64,000 nt of DNA, taken from NCBI GenBank assembly GCA_951406725.2, contig OX597817.1, forward strand, positions 77,624,001-77,688,000, read 5' to 3'. This document shows positions 40,942 through 54,632 of the stretch, piece after piece. The stretch is from Octopus vulgaris (lineage: Eukaryota). The first letter of the stretch is position 1, and every line of letters begins with the position of its first letter. Position numbers and translations under genes: made by a program. Under the pieces are notes generated by a model. The model had not been told where the DNA came from. It made no database searches and saw only the letters and a list, made by a program, of their open reading frames with translations.

Positions 40942-42223
40942 GTGAGAGAGGGAGAGAGAGATAGTAAACCAGATGAACACAGGTTTGATAAGTATATATA
41001 TTTGCGTGGAACACGATAAATACAGAATAAAATATAAAGAAATTATGTAATGTCTTAATTCGACAGCTGTTTCAGGAAGCTCAGCGTTACGTAATAATTA
41101 CAATTTGACGTGTAAAATGTCCTGGGCATGAAACTGATGACGCGGAGTGCCTTTGTTGGAATAAGAAATTAGAATTAATCTTCAAACTCATTCGAGAACG
41201 ATTGTTTTCTATATTGTACCGATCTGGTAGGACCCCATGTGGTTCTCTTGGAACACTTCATTTGCCTGAATACCCATACTGAGAAGGTAAACGAGCGGAA
41301 GAGAATAAAATATACTGAGCCTGGTGGAGTTATGACAAAATAATGAATGACAAGCAAGGTTTGAATACTATTGAGGTGGGATGCAGATGTTTTGCTGGTC
41401 AGTTCCCTCTGCGAAGCCGACAACATGCTGCGCAATAATGATGCCAGTAAATGTAAGGATTTCAAGTTGGATACGGACGGAGTAGAGGTTGCCTTAAGGT
41501 GGCTGTGGATCAGATAATGTGAGCTTATGGAGGGGTTGTGTTACTTGAAGAAGTGCTAACTGGACACAATAAAAAGCTTGATCAACCCTGGATAGGTCAC
41601 ATGAATGAGAGGGTCTGACTGTTGAATGACCTGAAGATCTATATACACAGAGTACGTTAGGGATAATGTATCCAACTATATCACAGGATGATGTAAGATA
41701 ATGCGTGCATATATTCAAGTGCATATATATGATTATTTATATCATACATAATATAAAACAATTGTCATTCTGTCGGTTACGACGAGTAGGGATTCAGTTA
41801 ACAGCCTACTCGTGATATTAATGTGCAAGTGGCTGAGCCCTCCAATGACATACATATATATCAGGCAAGCTGGAAGAATTGTTACCGCACCGGTTAAAGT
41901 GCTTTGCGGCATTTCTTCCGGTTATTTACGTTCTGAGTTAAAATGAGGCAGATGTCAACTTTGCTTGACATCTTTTCAAGAACGGCAAGTTATCTTTTGA
42001 GTATCGGAGTTTAGGTAATCGACTAGCACTATCCACTCAAAGATCTCAGGCCTTGTGTCAATGATAGAAAAGTGTATTATTATTATATATGGAATGCATA
42101 ATATATATGCGATATATACACATATATATATTTATATATCCTTATAAACACACATATAGGGTGTATATCGAATATATGATATACGATATATATAGTGTGT
42201 ATGTTTGAGTGTGTGTGTATATA

Positions 42224-42272
<49 letters not shown>

Positions 42273-42291
42273 TTATATATACATATATATA

Positions 42292-42782
42292 TTGGGTTGT
42301 TCAGAAAGTTCGTGATGATTTTTAAAGGAAAGAAAAAAGTCAATAAATACTTGCCATTACATTTTTAATCAACCAAATATGAACCATTTTGTTGCACAAT
42401 GCGTCTCCATCTTTCCTTTAACTTGAAAATACCCTTCTTCCCAGAATTGAGGTGATTTCATGACAAAGAATTCATCAAGGTATATTTTTACGTCATCCAA
42501 GGAATTGAAACTTTTACATTTAAGACTATTCTGCAGAGACCTGAATAAATGGAAATCCTAAGGAGCAACATCTGGTGAATATGGAGGGTGGGGTAACACA
42601 TCCCAGCTGAGCTGCAGCAATTTTTGTCTGGTTTCCCAAAGCATCAAGTGCTGAAAATGAACTTTCTTATCTTCCTCTAAATGGAGGTGTAGTCAAATCC
42701 TATTTTATGGACTCAACCATGTTCTAAAATAAGTGGAAAGGTAAGCTACTATAAATCGGCACGAACTTTCCAGACAACTCAA
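42292..42782 (-). mobile_element. Internally deleted mariner retaining the transposase C-terminus
   Basis: TIRs TTGGGTTGTTCAGAAAGTTCGTG / CACGAACTTTCCAGACAACTCAA, TA flanks; minus strand WDVLPHPPYSPDVAP*DFHLFRSLQNSL. Confidence 0.85.
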
Positions 42783-42799
42783 TATATAAATAAATATAC

Positions 42800-42856
<57 letters not shown>

Positions 42857-43108
42857 TGTATGTGTGTGTGAGTGTGTACAAATATATACGAGGAAATTAG
42901 GTAGTGATTATATCATAGACTTAACTCGTAGTCGGGTTTCGTAATAGACTTTAAGTTATACTTGTGTGTGTACGCATGCATGTATGTATGCATGTATGTA
43001 CACACACACAAACAAACACACACGCATGGGTCCACGCACCTAGACAACGTACACATATATAGACGTTGTAGATGTATACATACATGTCCATATACATAAC
43101 CATAATTC

Positions 43109-43144
<36 letters not shown>

Positions 43145-43828
43145 CCACCATATGCATAAAAATCTATAGAAATACATACATACATACATACATACATACA
43201 TGCATGCATGCATTCATACAAAACTTATGGCCCACGTGCACAACACTATACCAACCCACACAGCTCCCCCCACATGCATACATGCACCCACGCATACAAA
43301 CTCATGCATATCTACAAATAATTTAATGAAATGCGTATTTTATGCATACAAATATTTATTTTATATTTAACTAAATGTGCACTCACGCCCACACACACAC
43401 ACACACACACTCATCTCATACACCACCGTTAAGTCACGCACAATTTACGAAAAGATATATTAGTTATATAGGTTAGTAGCATGTACGAGTTTGGCTCCTA
43501 TGAAAAAGCTTTGGCTTGAATTAAATTAAATCAATTAAATTAAATATGTAAAGAAAGAAATTGAAAAGAGTTTAGAAGGAATTAAAAGATTTTGAATTCT
43601 TCATTTCGTCAAACTTTTATCCACATAGCCATGTATGTATGTTTATATATATGCATGCATGCATGCATGTAAGTATGAATGCATGTAGACATATACATAT
43701 GTAAATTCTTTCTTTTTGGAAGGGTCAACAATGTATATTTATAGAAATACATGACGTCAACTATATACATATATAGATATATATGACGTCAAATATATAT
43801 CTCTCCATCTATCTATATACATAAATAA

Positions 43829-43907
<79 letters not shown>

Positions 43908-43915
43908 GTATATAT

Positions 43916-44132
43916 ATATGCTTTATTTAAAGCAGCAGAAAATTCAACAAGTTTCACGTTGCCGTTCATCGGACAGTTTTTGCTAGCAAAAACTGTCCGA
44001 TGAACGGCAACGTGAACCTCAGAGTAACAGGTTTTGTTGAATTTTCTGCTGCTTTAAATAAAGCATATTACTCTACCACTGGTATTTGAGAACTCTTTTT
44101 TCCACCTTGTTTCACATTTATGTGTTTACTCC

Positions 44133-44135
<3 letters not shown>
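43916..44135. mobile_element. Fold-back hammerhead element family H3, copy 1
   Basis: Palindrome centred on GCTAGC at 43982-43987; homologous to 63069-63297; flanked by (TA)n. Confidence 0.8.
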
Positions 44136-44193
<58 letters not shown>

Positions 44194-44662
44194 TTATTAT
44201 ATAGAAGGAGCTTCTACAGGACTAGTACTGTTTCATTCAAGAGAAATCTTCAGGAAGCTATTTAACAAGAATTGTATTAGCATTTATACATTTAGAGGAG
44301 TGGTGGTGGGGGACTTTTTGGGGGTAGGCATAGCGCAAAATATCATACTTGGGGAGTGGTCAAGGTAATAAAAAAATAAAATAAAATAATAAAAAAATAA
44401 AAAAATAAAAAAAAAAAAAAAAAAAAAAAAAATAAAAAAATAAAAGGATAAAATAAAAGAATAAAAAATATAAAAAATATAAAAAATATAAAAAATATAT
44501 ATAAAAAAATATATAAAAAATATATATATAAAATATATATATAAAATATATATATAAAAAAAAGGGGGGGATAGAGTTATAGGTAAATAAGGAGATTCTC
44601 ACTTATACCTATACACACATGTATACGTATCTACACACACATACGCACATACACATATATCT

Positions 44663-44713
<51 letters not shown>

Positions 44714-45362
44714 CCTACACATACACACATACATACATACAAATATACATATACATATATATATATACAATCCAATACAGGCCCATTCCCTAATTTTAAT
44801 TTTATTATCTTCATTTATTACTTTTGTTATCTTTGATCGCTAGGGCTAAGAATCCTGGCAATAGCTGCTTGTCCGTTTGTCTGTCTACTAGAAGGCAAGT
44901 ACTCATTCCCGCACGCACACTCATTAGCACGTACATTCACCCATTCGTACACTCATACACATACACGTACGCACGCGTTATATTCATACATACAAACATC
45001 TACATACGTTCACGTATATACATTTATATATTTTTTTATATATATTTTTTATATTTTTTATATTTTTTATATTTTTTATTCTTTTTATTTTATCCTTTTA
45101 TTTTTTTATTTTTATTTTTTTATTTTTTTTTTATTTTATTTTATTTTTTTATTTTTTTATTTTATTATTTTATTTTATTTTTTTATTACCTTGACCACTC
45201 CCCCAAGTATGATATTTTGCGCTATGCCTACCCCCAAAAAGTCCCCCACCACCACTCCTCTAAATGTATAAATGCTAATACAATTCTTGTTAAATAGCTT
45301 CCTGAAGATTTCTCTTGAATGAAACAGTACTAGTCCTGTAGAAGCTCCTTCTATATAATAAA
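44194..45362. repeat. About 330-bp inverted repeat pair (44194-44520 / 45023-45362), each arm carrying a hammerhead
   Basis: Arms are reverse complements apart from variation in the A/T-rich tract; spacer about 500 bp. Confidence 0.85.
45296..45346 (+). ncRNA. Type I hammerhead ribozyme motif (mirror copy at 44209-44259, minus strand)
   Basis: AGCTTC-CTGAAGA-T-TTC(TCTT)GAA-T-GAAA-CAG(TACTAGTC)CTG-TA^GAAGCT. Confidence 0.75.
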
Positions 45363-45441
45363 TTAATTTTACTCTGCTATGTATTGAGTACCTTACTTAC
45401 TGTGGTTAACCCCGTATCAACCCGGGAACTACATATATATG

Positions 45442-45475
<34 letters not shown>

Positions 45476-45500
45476 TAATATAAATAATATATATATGCAC

Positions 45501-46433
<933 letters not shown>

Positions 46434-47244
46434 TATATATATACACACCTATAAAAGTATGTATATGTAAATATGTGTATATAGATATAGATACACACAT
46501 AGATACACACACACACATTCACATATAAGTGTATTAATATGTGTGTGTGTGTTCGTGAGTACGTATATAATATATTTGTGTGTATATACATATAGTGTAT
46601 GTCCATAGATTTAAATATATATGTAGATGAATGTACGTATATATATATATATATATATAGATAGATACATACATATACATACACGCACACATATGTATGT
46701 AACTATGTATGCAACTATGTATGTATGTATGTATGTATGTATGTATGTATGTATATAAGCACATATATATGTTTATACATACACAGAATGCATAGACACA
46801 CTCACATACACTTAAATGCTTTTGTGTATATTTGGTTATACCTATGTGCGTGTATGTGTGTACGGACGCATATTTGCCTGTATGTGTTTATATGGAAATA
46901 ACCGAAGCAAAAAAACAAACATGCATAACCACCCACCACTCGGATCCTCATATAAACACACACACATACGCATACACACACACACACGCGCACACACGCT
47001 TAGTCCTATAAAGTCTCTCACGCGCACACACTCACACACATTAACACACATACATTCAAACTTTCTCTCACACGCATGCCAACCCGGACAAACATATATA
47101 TACAATTATATAACAGCGTATTCATTTTTGCACACACACACACACACATACACACACACCAATACACACACACATATATATAAACATTCATACATACACA
47201 TATATATGCGTTTACATATCTGTCTGTCTGTCTATGTATGTATG

Positions 47245-47278
<34 letters not shown>

Positions 47279-47332
47279 TGTATGTATCTATCTATCTATC
47301 TACCTATCGGATCTTTTCCCAGGGTAAAGATC

Positions 47333-47404
<72 letters not shown>

Positions 47405-47451
47405 TTATCTATCTGTCTGTCTGTCTATCTATCTATATATCTATCTATCTA

Positions 47452-47528
<77 letters not shown>

Positions 47529-47533
47529 GTATG

Positions 47534-47570
<37 letters not shown>

Positions 47571-47975
47571 TCATACATACACACATACATACATACACAC
47601 ATACATACGCACTCACATACAAACTTACACACATGCATACATACATTGATGTGTGTGTGTGTGTGTGTATTCTCTGTGTGTAATTTTTTTTCCCCAACGT
47701 AGATAGAGGCATGAATGCTTAAAACTGCTACAGCTGCAAGATTTTCTTTCAACTATTGTATTAATCCTAATCCTCATAGGACGATTCAGTCCGATTGTGG
47801 CAATAATTTTTAAAACGCCATCGCATGTTTGCTATTTTTAAAGAACTCGTTCTCTCTACGACTGGTGGTTCGTTAAAAATTGAGTAGTCTATAAATAGGG
47901 TTTTTTGCCATAGCAAAAATACAAGTAAACAACGAGACAAATGTATAAACAAATAACTGATGATAATGATTATGG

Positions 47976-47978
<3 letters not shown>

Positions 47979-48066
<88 letters not shown>

Positions 48067-48253
48067 TAATAATAATAATAATAATAATAACAACAACAAC
48101 AATAACAATAATAATAATGATAATGATAATAACAACAACAACAACAACAACAACAATAATAATAATAATAATAATAATGATAATAATAATAATAATGATA
48201 ATGATAATAATATTAATAATAATAATAATAATAACAACAACAACAACAATAAC

Positions 48254-48303
<50 letters not shown>

Positions 48304-48361
48304 TAATAATAATAATATTAATAATAGTAATCATAATAATAATAATGATAATAATAATAAT

Positions 48362-48450
<89 letters not shown>

Positions 48451-48487
48451 CAACAACAATAACAACACCAACAACAACAACAACAAC

Positions 48488-48541
<54 letters not shown>

Positions 48542-48603
48542 TAATAATAATAATAATGGTAATAATAATAATAATTATAATAATAATAATAATAATAATA
48601 ATA

Positions 48604-48666
<63 letters not shown>
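47979..48666. repeat. Long (AAT)n/(AAC)n microsatellite
   Basis: Seen directly; it produces the poly-N/I/L pseudo-ORFs. Confidence 0.95.
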
Positions 48667-48800
48667 GCAGTATGAAATTAAGAAAGGAATATTAGACGAG
48701 TATCGTTTACAAAACATGCGTTCGTGAATAACGAATGAACTTTAAACAAAGTTACCTAGCTAACGAATGAACGATGATTAAGAAAGTACGTGGTAAAAAA

Positions 48801-48844
<44 letters not shown>

Positions 48845-49182
48845 TAAATTATATATAATATATAAATATATATTTGCGCTCGTCTGTTTGTCTATCTGTA
48901 TGCCTGTATGTTTGTATGGACGTACGTATTTGTATGCGCGCACTTGCGTGTGTGTGTATTCAAGTATACCCACATGCATACACGCATAGTATGCGTATTT
49001 GTAGTTTTACGCACGTACGTAGATACGTTTATACATACGTGCATGTGTGTGTCTGTGTGCATGTGTGTGTGTATGCATATGTCAATGTATATGTGTGTAT
49101 GGATCGACAGACAATTGGATTGATAGAAAGATTGATTGATAGATAAGATTGATAGAGAGAAACAAATAGATAGACAACAGAC

Positions 49183-49255
<73 letters not shown>

Positions 49256-49274
49256 TAGATAGATAGATAGATAG

Positions 49275-49590
49275 ATTTCTTTATTGGCCACGCAGGGCTA
49301 AACGCAGAAGGGACAAAATACAAAGAGCTTTTATTTTGGGGAAGAAGAGATGGGGCAAAGGTGGTGGTGGGGGGGCGAATTCCGATCATAAGAGATCGTG
49401 CAAAATAAAGGTGAGTGAATTCCGATCAAAAGGAATCGTGAAAAGAAAATTGGGGCCGGGATCGTGTATCACAGAAATGTCAATGTAAAAGCAGGAAAAC
49501 AGATTAGGTTTGTCCATGGATAGAAAAGCCTACGGAAAAGACCACGGGAACCTTGGGCAATAGTGTCATGCAAAAAGAAAACACATTACA
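49275..49590 (-). mobile_element. Probable LINE 3' UTR fragment inserted in (GATA)n
   Basis: Minus-strand end TTGTCCCTTCTGCGTTTAGCCCTGCGTGGCCAATAAAGAAAT resembles the SINE-B tail; no tRNA head. Confidence 0.5.
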
Positions 49591-49640
49591 GTTCGTGGGT
49601 CTCACTGTAGATAGATAGATAGGTAGATAGATAGATAGAC

Positions 49641-49692
<52 letters not shown>

Positions 49693-49714
49693 TCAGTAAA
49701 GATAGATAGATACC

Positions 49715-49816
<102 letters not shown>

Positions 49817-50343
49817 GTGGTAATTTGTACCACAACCAATAAAAAAATATGTTTGTATGATTTTTCTTTGAGTTTTATCTAAGCTCTTGAGAGAGTTTAA
49901 GTCGGCCGCTAACAAAGCGACAATACCTATTTTTAGTTAAGAGAGTTCCCGGTGTTTGTAAATATACGGTTGAGTTGGTGTATTGGTTGACCTCTCAACA
50001 TATACATCCAAGTGTGTGCATCTATTAACATAAGAATGTCAAATGGAGAATTTTCGGAGTGTCTTACAAATCTTCACTGTGCCACTAACAGATTGGGTTT
50101 GGAGAATCGGCGGCAGTTACTTTTGAACTTACTTCGTGAAATCGAGTATTTCTAGATTTTTGTGTTAGTTTGGTGCTACACAACCTTATGCACCTATGAA
50201 GATAGGTACAAATGGGAGTTCATAATCAGGGTACAAGAGCTGTAAGTTCTGCATTAATTCGCCGTAAAATTTCTCTTTTTCTTGGACTTTTGGTTGTATG
50301 TATGTATGTATGTATGTATGTATGTATGTATGTATGTATGTAT

Positions 50344-50876
50344 GACACATGGGAAGGCATAGCTATTGATCGTAGCAGGTGGAGAAGGATTGTGCATGAG
50401 AGGACAGCCACTTTTGAGAAATCTCGAGTTGCACATGAGAAAGTAAGGAGGGATGTCAGGAAGGGCATCGCTGTTACACTTCCAGAAGGGAAGGGTCTTG
50501 CTTTGATTCTGACGTGCAATGTCTGTGCAAGACCCTGCCTCAGTAAAGCTGGACTCATGAGTCATCTTCGAGGTCATAAAACGAGACAGATGAGTGACAA
50601 CCTGGCCACTGGTGGTGGTGTAACACACCATACTAATCATATCTGTCGGGCATGTGGAAGAGAGTGTAATTCGGCAGGAGGACTTAAACGACATGCAAAG
50701 GTACATGAAGCCCAGTTACAACTACAGCCGGCTATTACAGTAAAAGTTTTAGTTGCCAATTTTGTACAAGACATTGTAGATCTTTTAGCTGGGCTAAAAA
50801 GTCACATTCGATCACAGCACCAGTAACAGTTAAGCTTCGTGCAATGGCCATACTCGATAACGAGGGGGCAGCCATA
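50344..50876 (+). pseudogene. 5'-truncated RTE/BovB-like LINE 3' end with C2H2-type zinc fingers
   Basis: DTWEGIAIDRSRWRRIVHE motif, then CNVCARPCLSKAGLMSHLRGH, CRACGRECNSAGGLKRHAKVH and a frameshifted CQFCTRHCRS/LAGLKSHIRSQH; short 3' UTR and simple-repeat tail. Confidence 0.75.
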
Positions 50877-50904
50877 AATGAATAAATAAATAAATAAATG
50901 TATG

Positions 50905-50938
<34 letters not shown>

Positions 50939-51074
50939 TGTATGTATGTATGTCATTATTCAGTGTCATTTCAAGATATCTTACCAATAGAGACAGTTCC
51001 TAACCTAGATCCAAGGCTCCTTCACTGGAATTTCCACAACATCAACAGGGTATTTTGTATGCATGTATATCTCT

Positions 51075-51322
51075 TTTACCCTTTTACTCTTTTACTTGTT
51101 TCAGTCATTTGACTGCGGCTATGCTGGAGCACCGCCTTTTGTCAAGCAATTCGACCCCAGGACTTATTCTTTGGAAGCCTAGTATTTATTCTATCGGTCT
51201 CTTTTGCCGAACCGCTAAGTTACGGGGACGTAAGCACATCAGCATCGGTTGTCAAGTGATGTTGGGCGGGGGGACAAACACAAACACACAAAGATACGCA
51301 CACACACATATGTATATATATC

Positions 51323-51384
<62 letters not shown>

Positions 51385-51552
51385 CATACGACGGACTTCT
51401 TTTAGTTTCCGTCTTCGAAATCCACTCACAAGGCTTTGGTCGGCCCGAGGCTATAGTAGAAGACACTTGCCCAAGGTACCATGCAGTGGGACTGAACCCG
51501 GAACCATGTGGTTCGTGAGCAAGCTACTTACCACACAACTACTCCTACGCCT
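51075..51552 (-). mobile_element. SINE family A
   Basis: Homology to 4460-4847. Confidence 0.85.
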
Positions 51553-51559
51553 ATATGTG

Positions 51560-52006
51560 CAAATTTGTATGTTTTGTTTTATGTATGTATTCTCATGCTT
51601 GTAGTTGCATGTCTAGACAAGCTCATATATACTTATATGATCACAATAGTTTCCTTCGGTTACGTATTTACTACATCAGTGTGGTTGAGGCAGTACCTCA
51701 AGACTTCTATTCGCAGCCATGCCCCCTTTTTATTGTCACATGATTTTTATATGATTTTTAAAAAATTCTTATATTTTCTTACATTATTCTCAGGTTTTAC
51801 TCGCAGTTTGTGGAGTATTTCAATTTAGTAATTCCTTAGGATGGTTTGCATCTGTTGTCTTCGAATCATCTTTCTCCTTTCTGGTCTTGGAAGCCTAAAT
51901 TTTCAAGATTGATATTTATGTAGTGTGTTACATATCCTAGTGTCCTGATAATTACAGGTATAAGCCTGAACTTGTAATCTGGATAGAGTAGTTGTAGATT
52001 CCTCAG
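51560..52006 (-). pseudogene. 3' end of a LINE with restriction-like endonuclease (R4/Dong-like)
   Basis: From 52006 the minus strand reads LRNLQLLYPDYKFRLIPVIIRTLGYVTHYININLENLGF, like the IPI(V/I)IGALG C-terminal RLE segment; truncated into (CATA)n. Confidence 0.5.
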
Positions 52007-52726
52007 TATGTACGTATGCATTTATGTATGTATGTATGTATGTATGTATGTATGTATGTATGTATGTATGTATGTATGTACGTACGTACGTACGTATGCA
52101 TACATGTAGAAAATAGAACTTGTGCTGCAAACTCTGTGTTTACCTTTTCACAACTAGTCTAAAACAAAAATGTATATTATACATTTATACTGTACATTCA
52201 TTACTGACCTATAGCTTACATTTTAAATTATCCAAAGTGCTGTACAATGGAATAACTAGAGCACGCTCACGCACATATATACACACATATAGGCACACAC
52301 ATACGTACCTATATATTTTTTATGTGTGTATGTATATGTGAGTAGGTATGACATGTTTGCATGTAGATGGATGCAAATAGGCAGACAGTGATACGCACTT
52401 AACAGTAGATAAATTTACATTTCTGCCTGTGTTGGTCAAAACCACGTCAAATCTTTAGCACCACCTAGTTAAGTATTTTAAGCTACATTTTGGGTCATCC
52501 GAACCCACTCTAGTTGAGAATTCTTGGTATTCAAACCTATATATTGGAAGAATTTGTCCATAGGCGCAGGAGTAGCTGTGTGATAAGTAGTTTACTTACA
52601 ACCACATGGTTCCGGGTTCAGTCCCACTGCGTGGCACCTTGGGCAAGTGTCTTCTACTATAGCCTCGGGCTGACCAAAGCCGTGTGAGTGGATTTGGTAG
52701 ACGGAAACTGAAAGAAGCCCGTCGTA

Positions 52727-52797
<71 letters not shown>

Positions 52798-52800
<3 letters not shown>

Positions 52801-53424
52801 TAATGTAGGATAAAATTTTTTTCGGGAAAAAATTTTTTATCAATGGCCAGCATATCAAAAAATACCTTTAAAGGTTAAATTTATAAATAATTTACAAAAT
52901 TAGGGCAAAAGAAAAATTCTAATGCCAAATATGCTGAAAAAAAGACAAAAGTTGTCAATAACCATTATAATTTATGTGTCTCGAAACAAACCGATAGAAA
53001 TTTCTAAAAAATCCGTTATTACTGTATTGGTCCCAATTTCGGGGTTAATTCATAAGAATTTTCTCCTCTTCAGCGATAAATACGTGAGATATAAGTCAAA
53101 TACTTACTCATACCCATGGAAAAAGCAAGCACTAAGTCCTGAGCAGACCTAAGTACCCCAAATATATCCAAAATAGAAAATCTTCGGCACATCTCGAAAC
53201 ACGTGTGATTCGAACTAGAAACTTTCACAGAGGGAGAGAATTATAACTAATGTAGGATAAAATTTTTTTCGGGAAAAAAATTTTATCAATGGCTGCGTAT
53301 TTATCGCTGAAGAGGAAAAAATTCTTATGAATTAACCCCGAAATTGGGACCAATACGGTAATAACGGATTTTTTAGAAATTTCTATCGGTTTGTTTCGAG
53401 ACGCATAAATTATAATGGTTATTG
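52798..53424. mobile_element. Penelope-like non-autonomous element with direct and inverted segments and two hammerheads
   Basis: Direct repeat 52798-52847 / 53245-53293; inverted repeat 52956-53084 / 53296-53424; flanked by (TA)n. Confidence 0.7.
53301..53361 (+). ncRNA. Type I hammerhead ribozyme motif (mirror copy at 53019-53079, minus strand)
   Basis: TTATCG-CTGAAGA-GG...AATTC(TTAT)GAATT...CC-GAAA-TTGG(GA)CCAA-TA^CGGTAA. Confidence 0.8.
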
Positions 53425-53425
53425 T

Positions 53426-53465
<40 letters not shown>

Positions 53466-54074
53466 GGGGGGGTGTATATATGTTTGTGTGTCTGCGTTTG
53501 TCACCCAACATCGCTTGACAACCGATGGTGGTGTGTTTACGTCTCCGTAACCTAGCGGTTCGGCAAGAGAGACCGATAGGATAAGTACTAGGCTTACAAA
53601 GAATAAGTCCTGGGGTCGATTTCTTCGACTAATGGCAGTGCTCCGGCATGGCTGCAGTCAAATGACTGAAACAAGTAAAAGAGATACCACTTGAAGACTT
53701 ATGGATCCTTTTTCTTGAAGTTACAGTTTGGAACATCATAACATATGTATATCTTTGTCATCAGTCATATCAAGATATCGTTGTTTTATTTCGTAAATCT
53801 GGGAAGAATTTGTCCAGGTACCATGTGAAAACTAAGGTATCCTCTTCCTTGAAGTTACATTTTGGAACATCGTGATACTTAGAATATCGTAACATTGGAA
53901 CATTGTAACATATGTACTTCTTTGCAGTCAGTCATATCAGGATACCGTCCTTTTGTTTAGTAAATCTAGGAAAAATTTGTCCAAGTACCATTTGGAGACT
54001 TATGGATCATCTTCTCCCTTGATGATTTGTAAGGCCCCGGTATTTTGTTATAAACCATAATATTATATAAAGTA

Positions 54075-54632
54075 TTGGGTTGTCCGGAAATTCGTGCCGA
54101 AAGTAGCTTACCTTTCGACTTATTTTAGAACATGGTTGAGTCCATAAAATAGGATTTGACTACACCTCCATTTAGAGCACAGTTTAAGATATATTTTCGT
54201 GGAAGAAGGTTTATGTTCCTATAACCTGTGTTAATTCTGTAACCTTTTAAAATGGAAGATAAGAAAGTTCATTTTCGGCACTTGATGCTTTCTTTTTCCG
54301 TAAAGGACAAAATACCTCACAAAAATATGCGCAGTTTACGATGATATTTCTTTATCCGAAAGAACTGTACGGAAGTGGTTCGCAAGGTTCCAAGCTGGAG
54401 ATTGTAGCCTTATTGATAAAGGGCGATCAGGCATTCTATCCACTACAGATGATGACCAAATCAAGTCATTAATTGAGAATAACCCACACTGCACAATCCG
54501 AGAATTGGCAGAAAGCCTCAACCTATCAAAATCCGTCGTTCATGAGCACCTGGTAAAGCTTGGGTAATGGCAAGTATTTATTGACCTTTTTCTTTCTTTT
54601 AAAAATCGGCACGAAGTTTCCGGACAACCCAA
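54075..54632 (+). mobile_element. Internally deleted mariner retaining the transposase N-terminus
   Basis: TIRs TTGGGTTGTCCGGAAA / TTTCCGGACAACCCAA, TA flanks; MEDKKVHFRHLML ... SERTVRKWFARFQAGDCSLIDKGRSG ... TIRELAESLNLSKSVVHEHL. Confidence 0.85.

Larger units (their letters stand above)
52562..53683 (+). mobile_element. SINE family A hosting a Penelope-like insert
   Basis: Head at 52562-52730, tail at about 53480-53683. Confidence 0.85.

Noticed and set aside
47767-48695. Poly-Asn, poly-Ile and poly-Leu ORFs
   Set aside because: (AAT)n microsatellite
52562-52635. tRNA-like sequence with A and B boxes
   Set aside because: SINE head that continues into the CORE-like body; no complete cloverleaf evident
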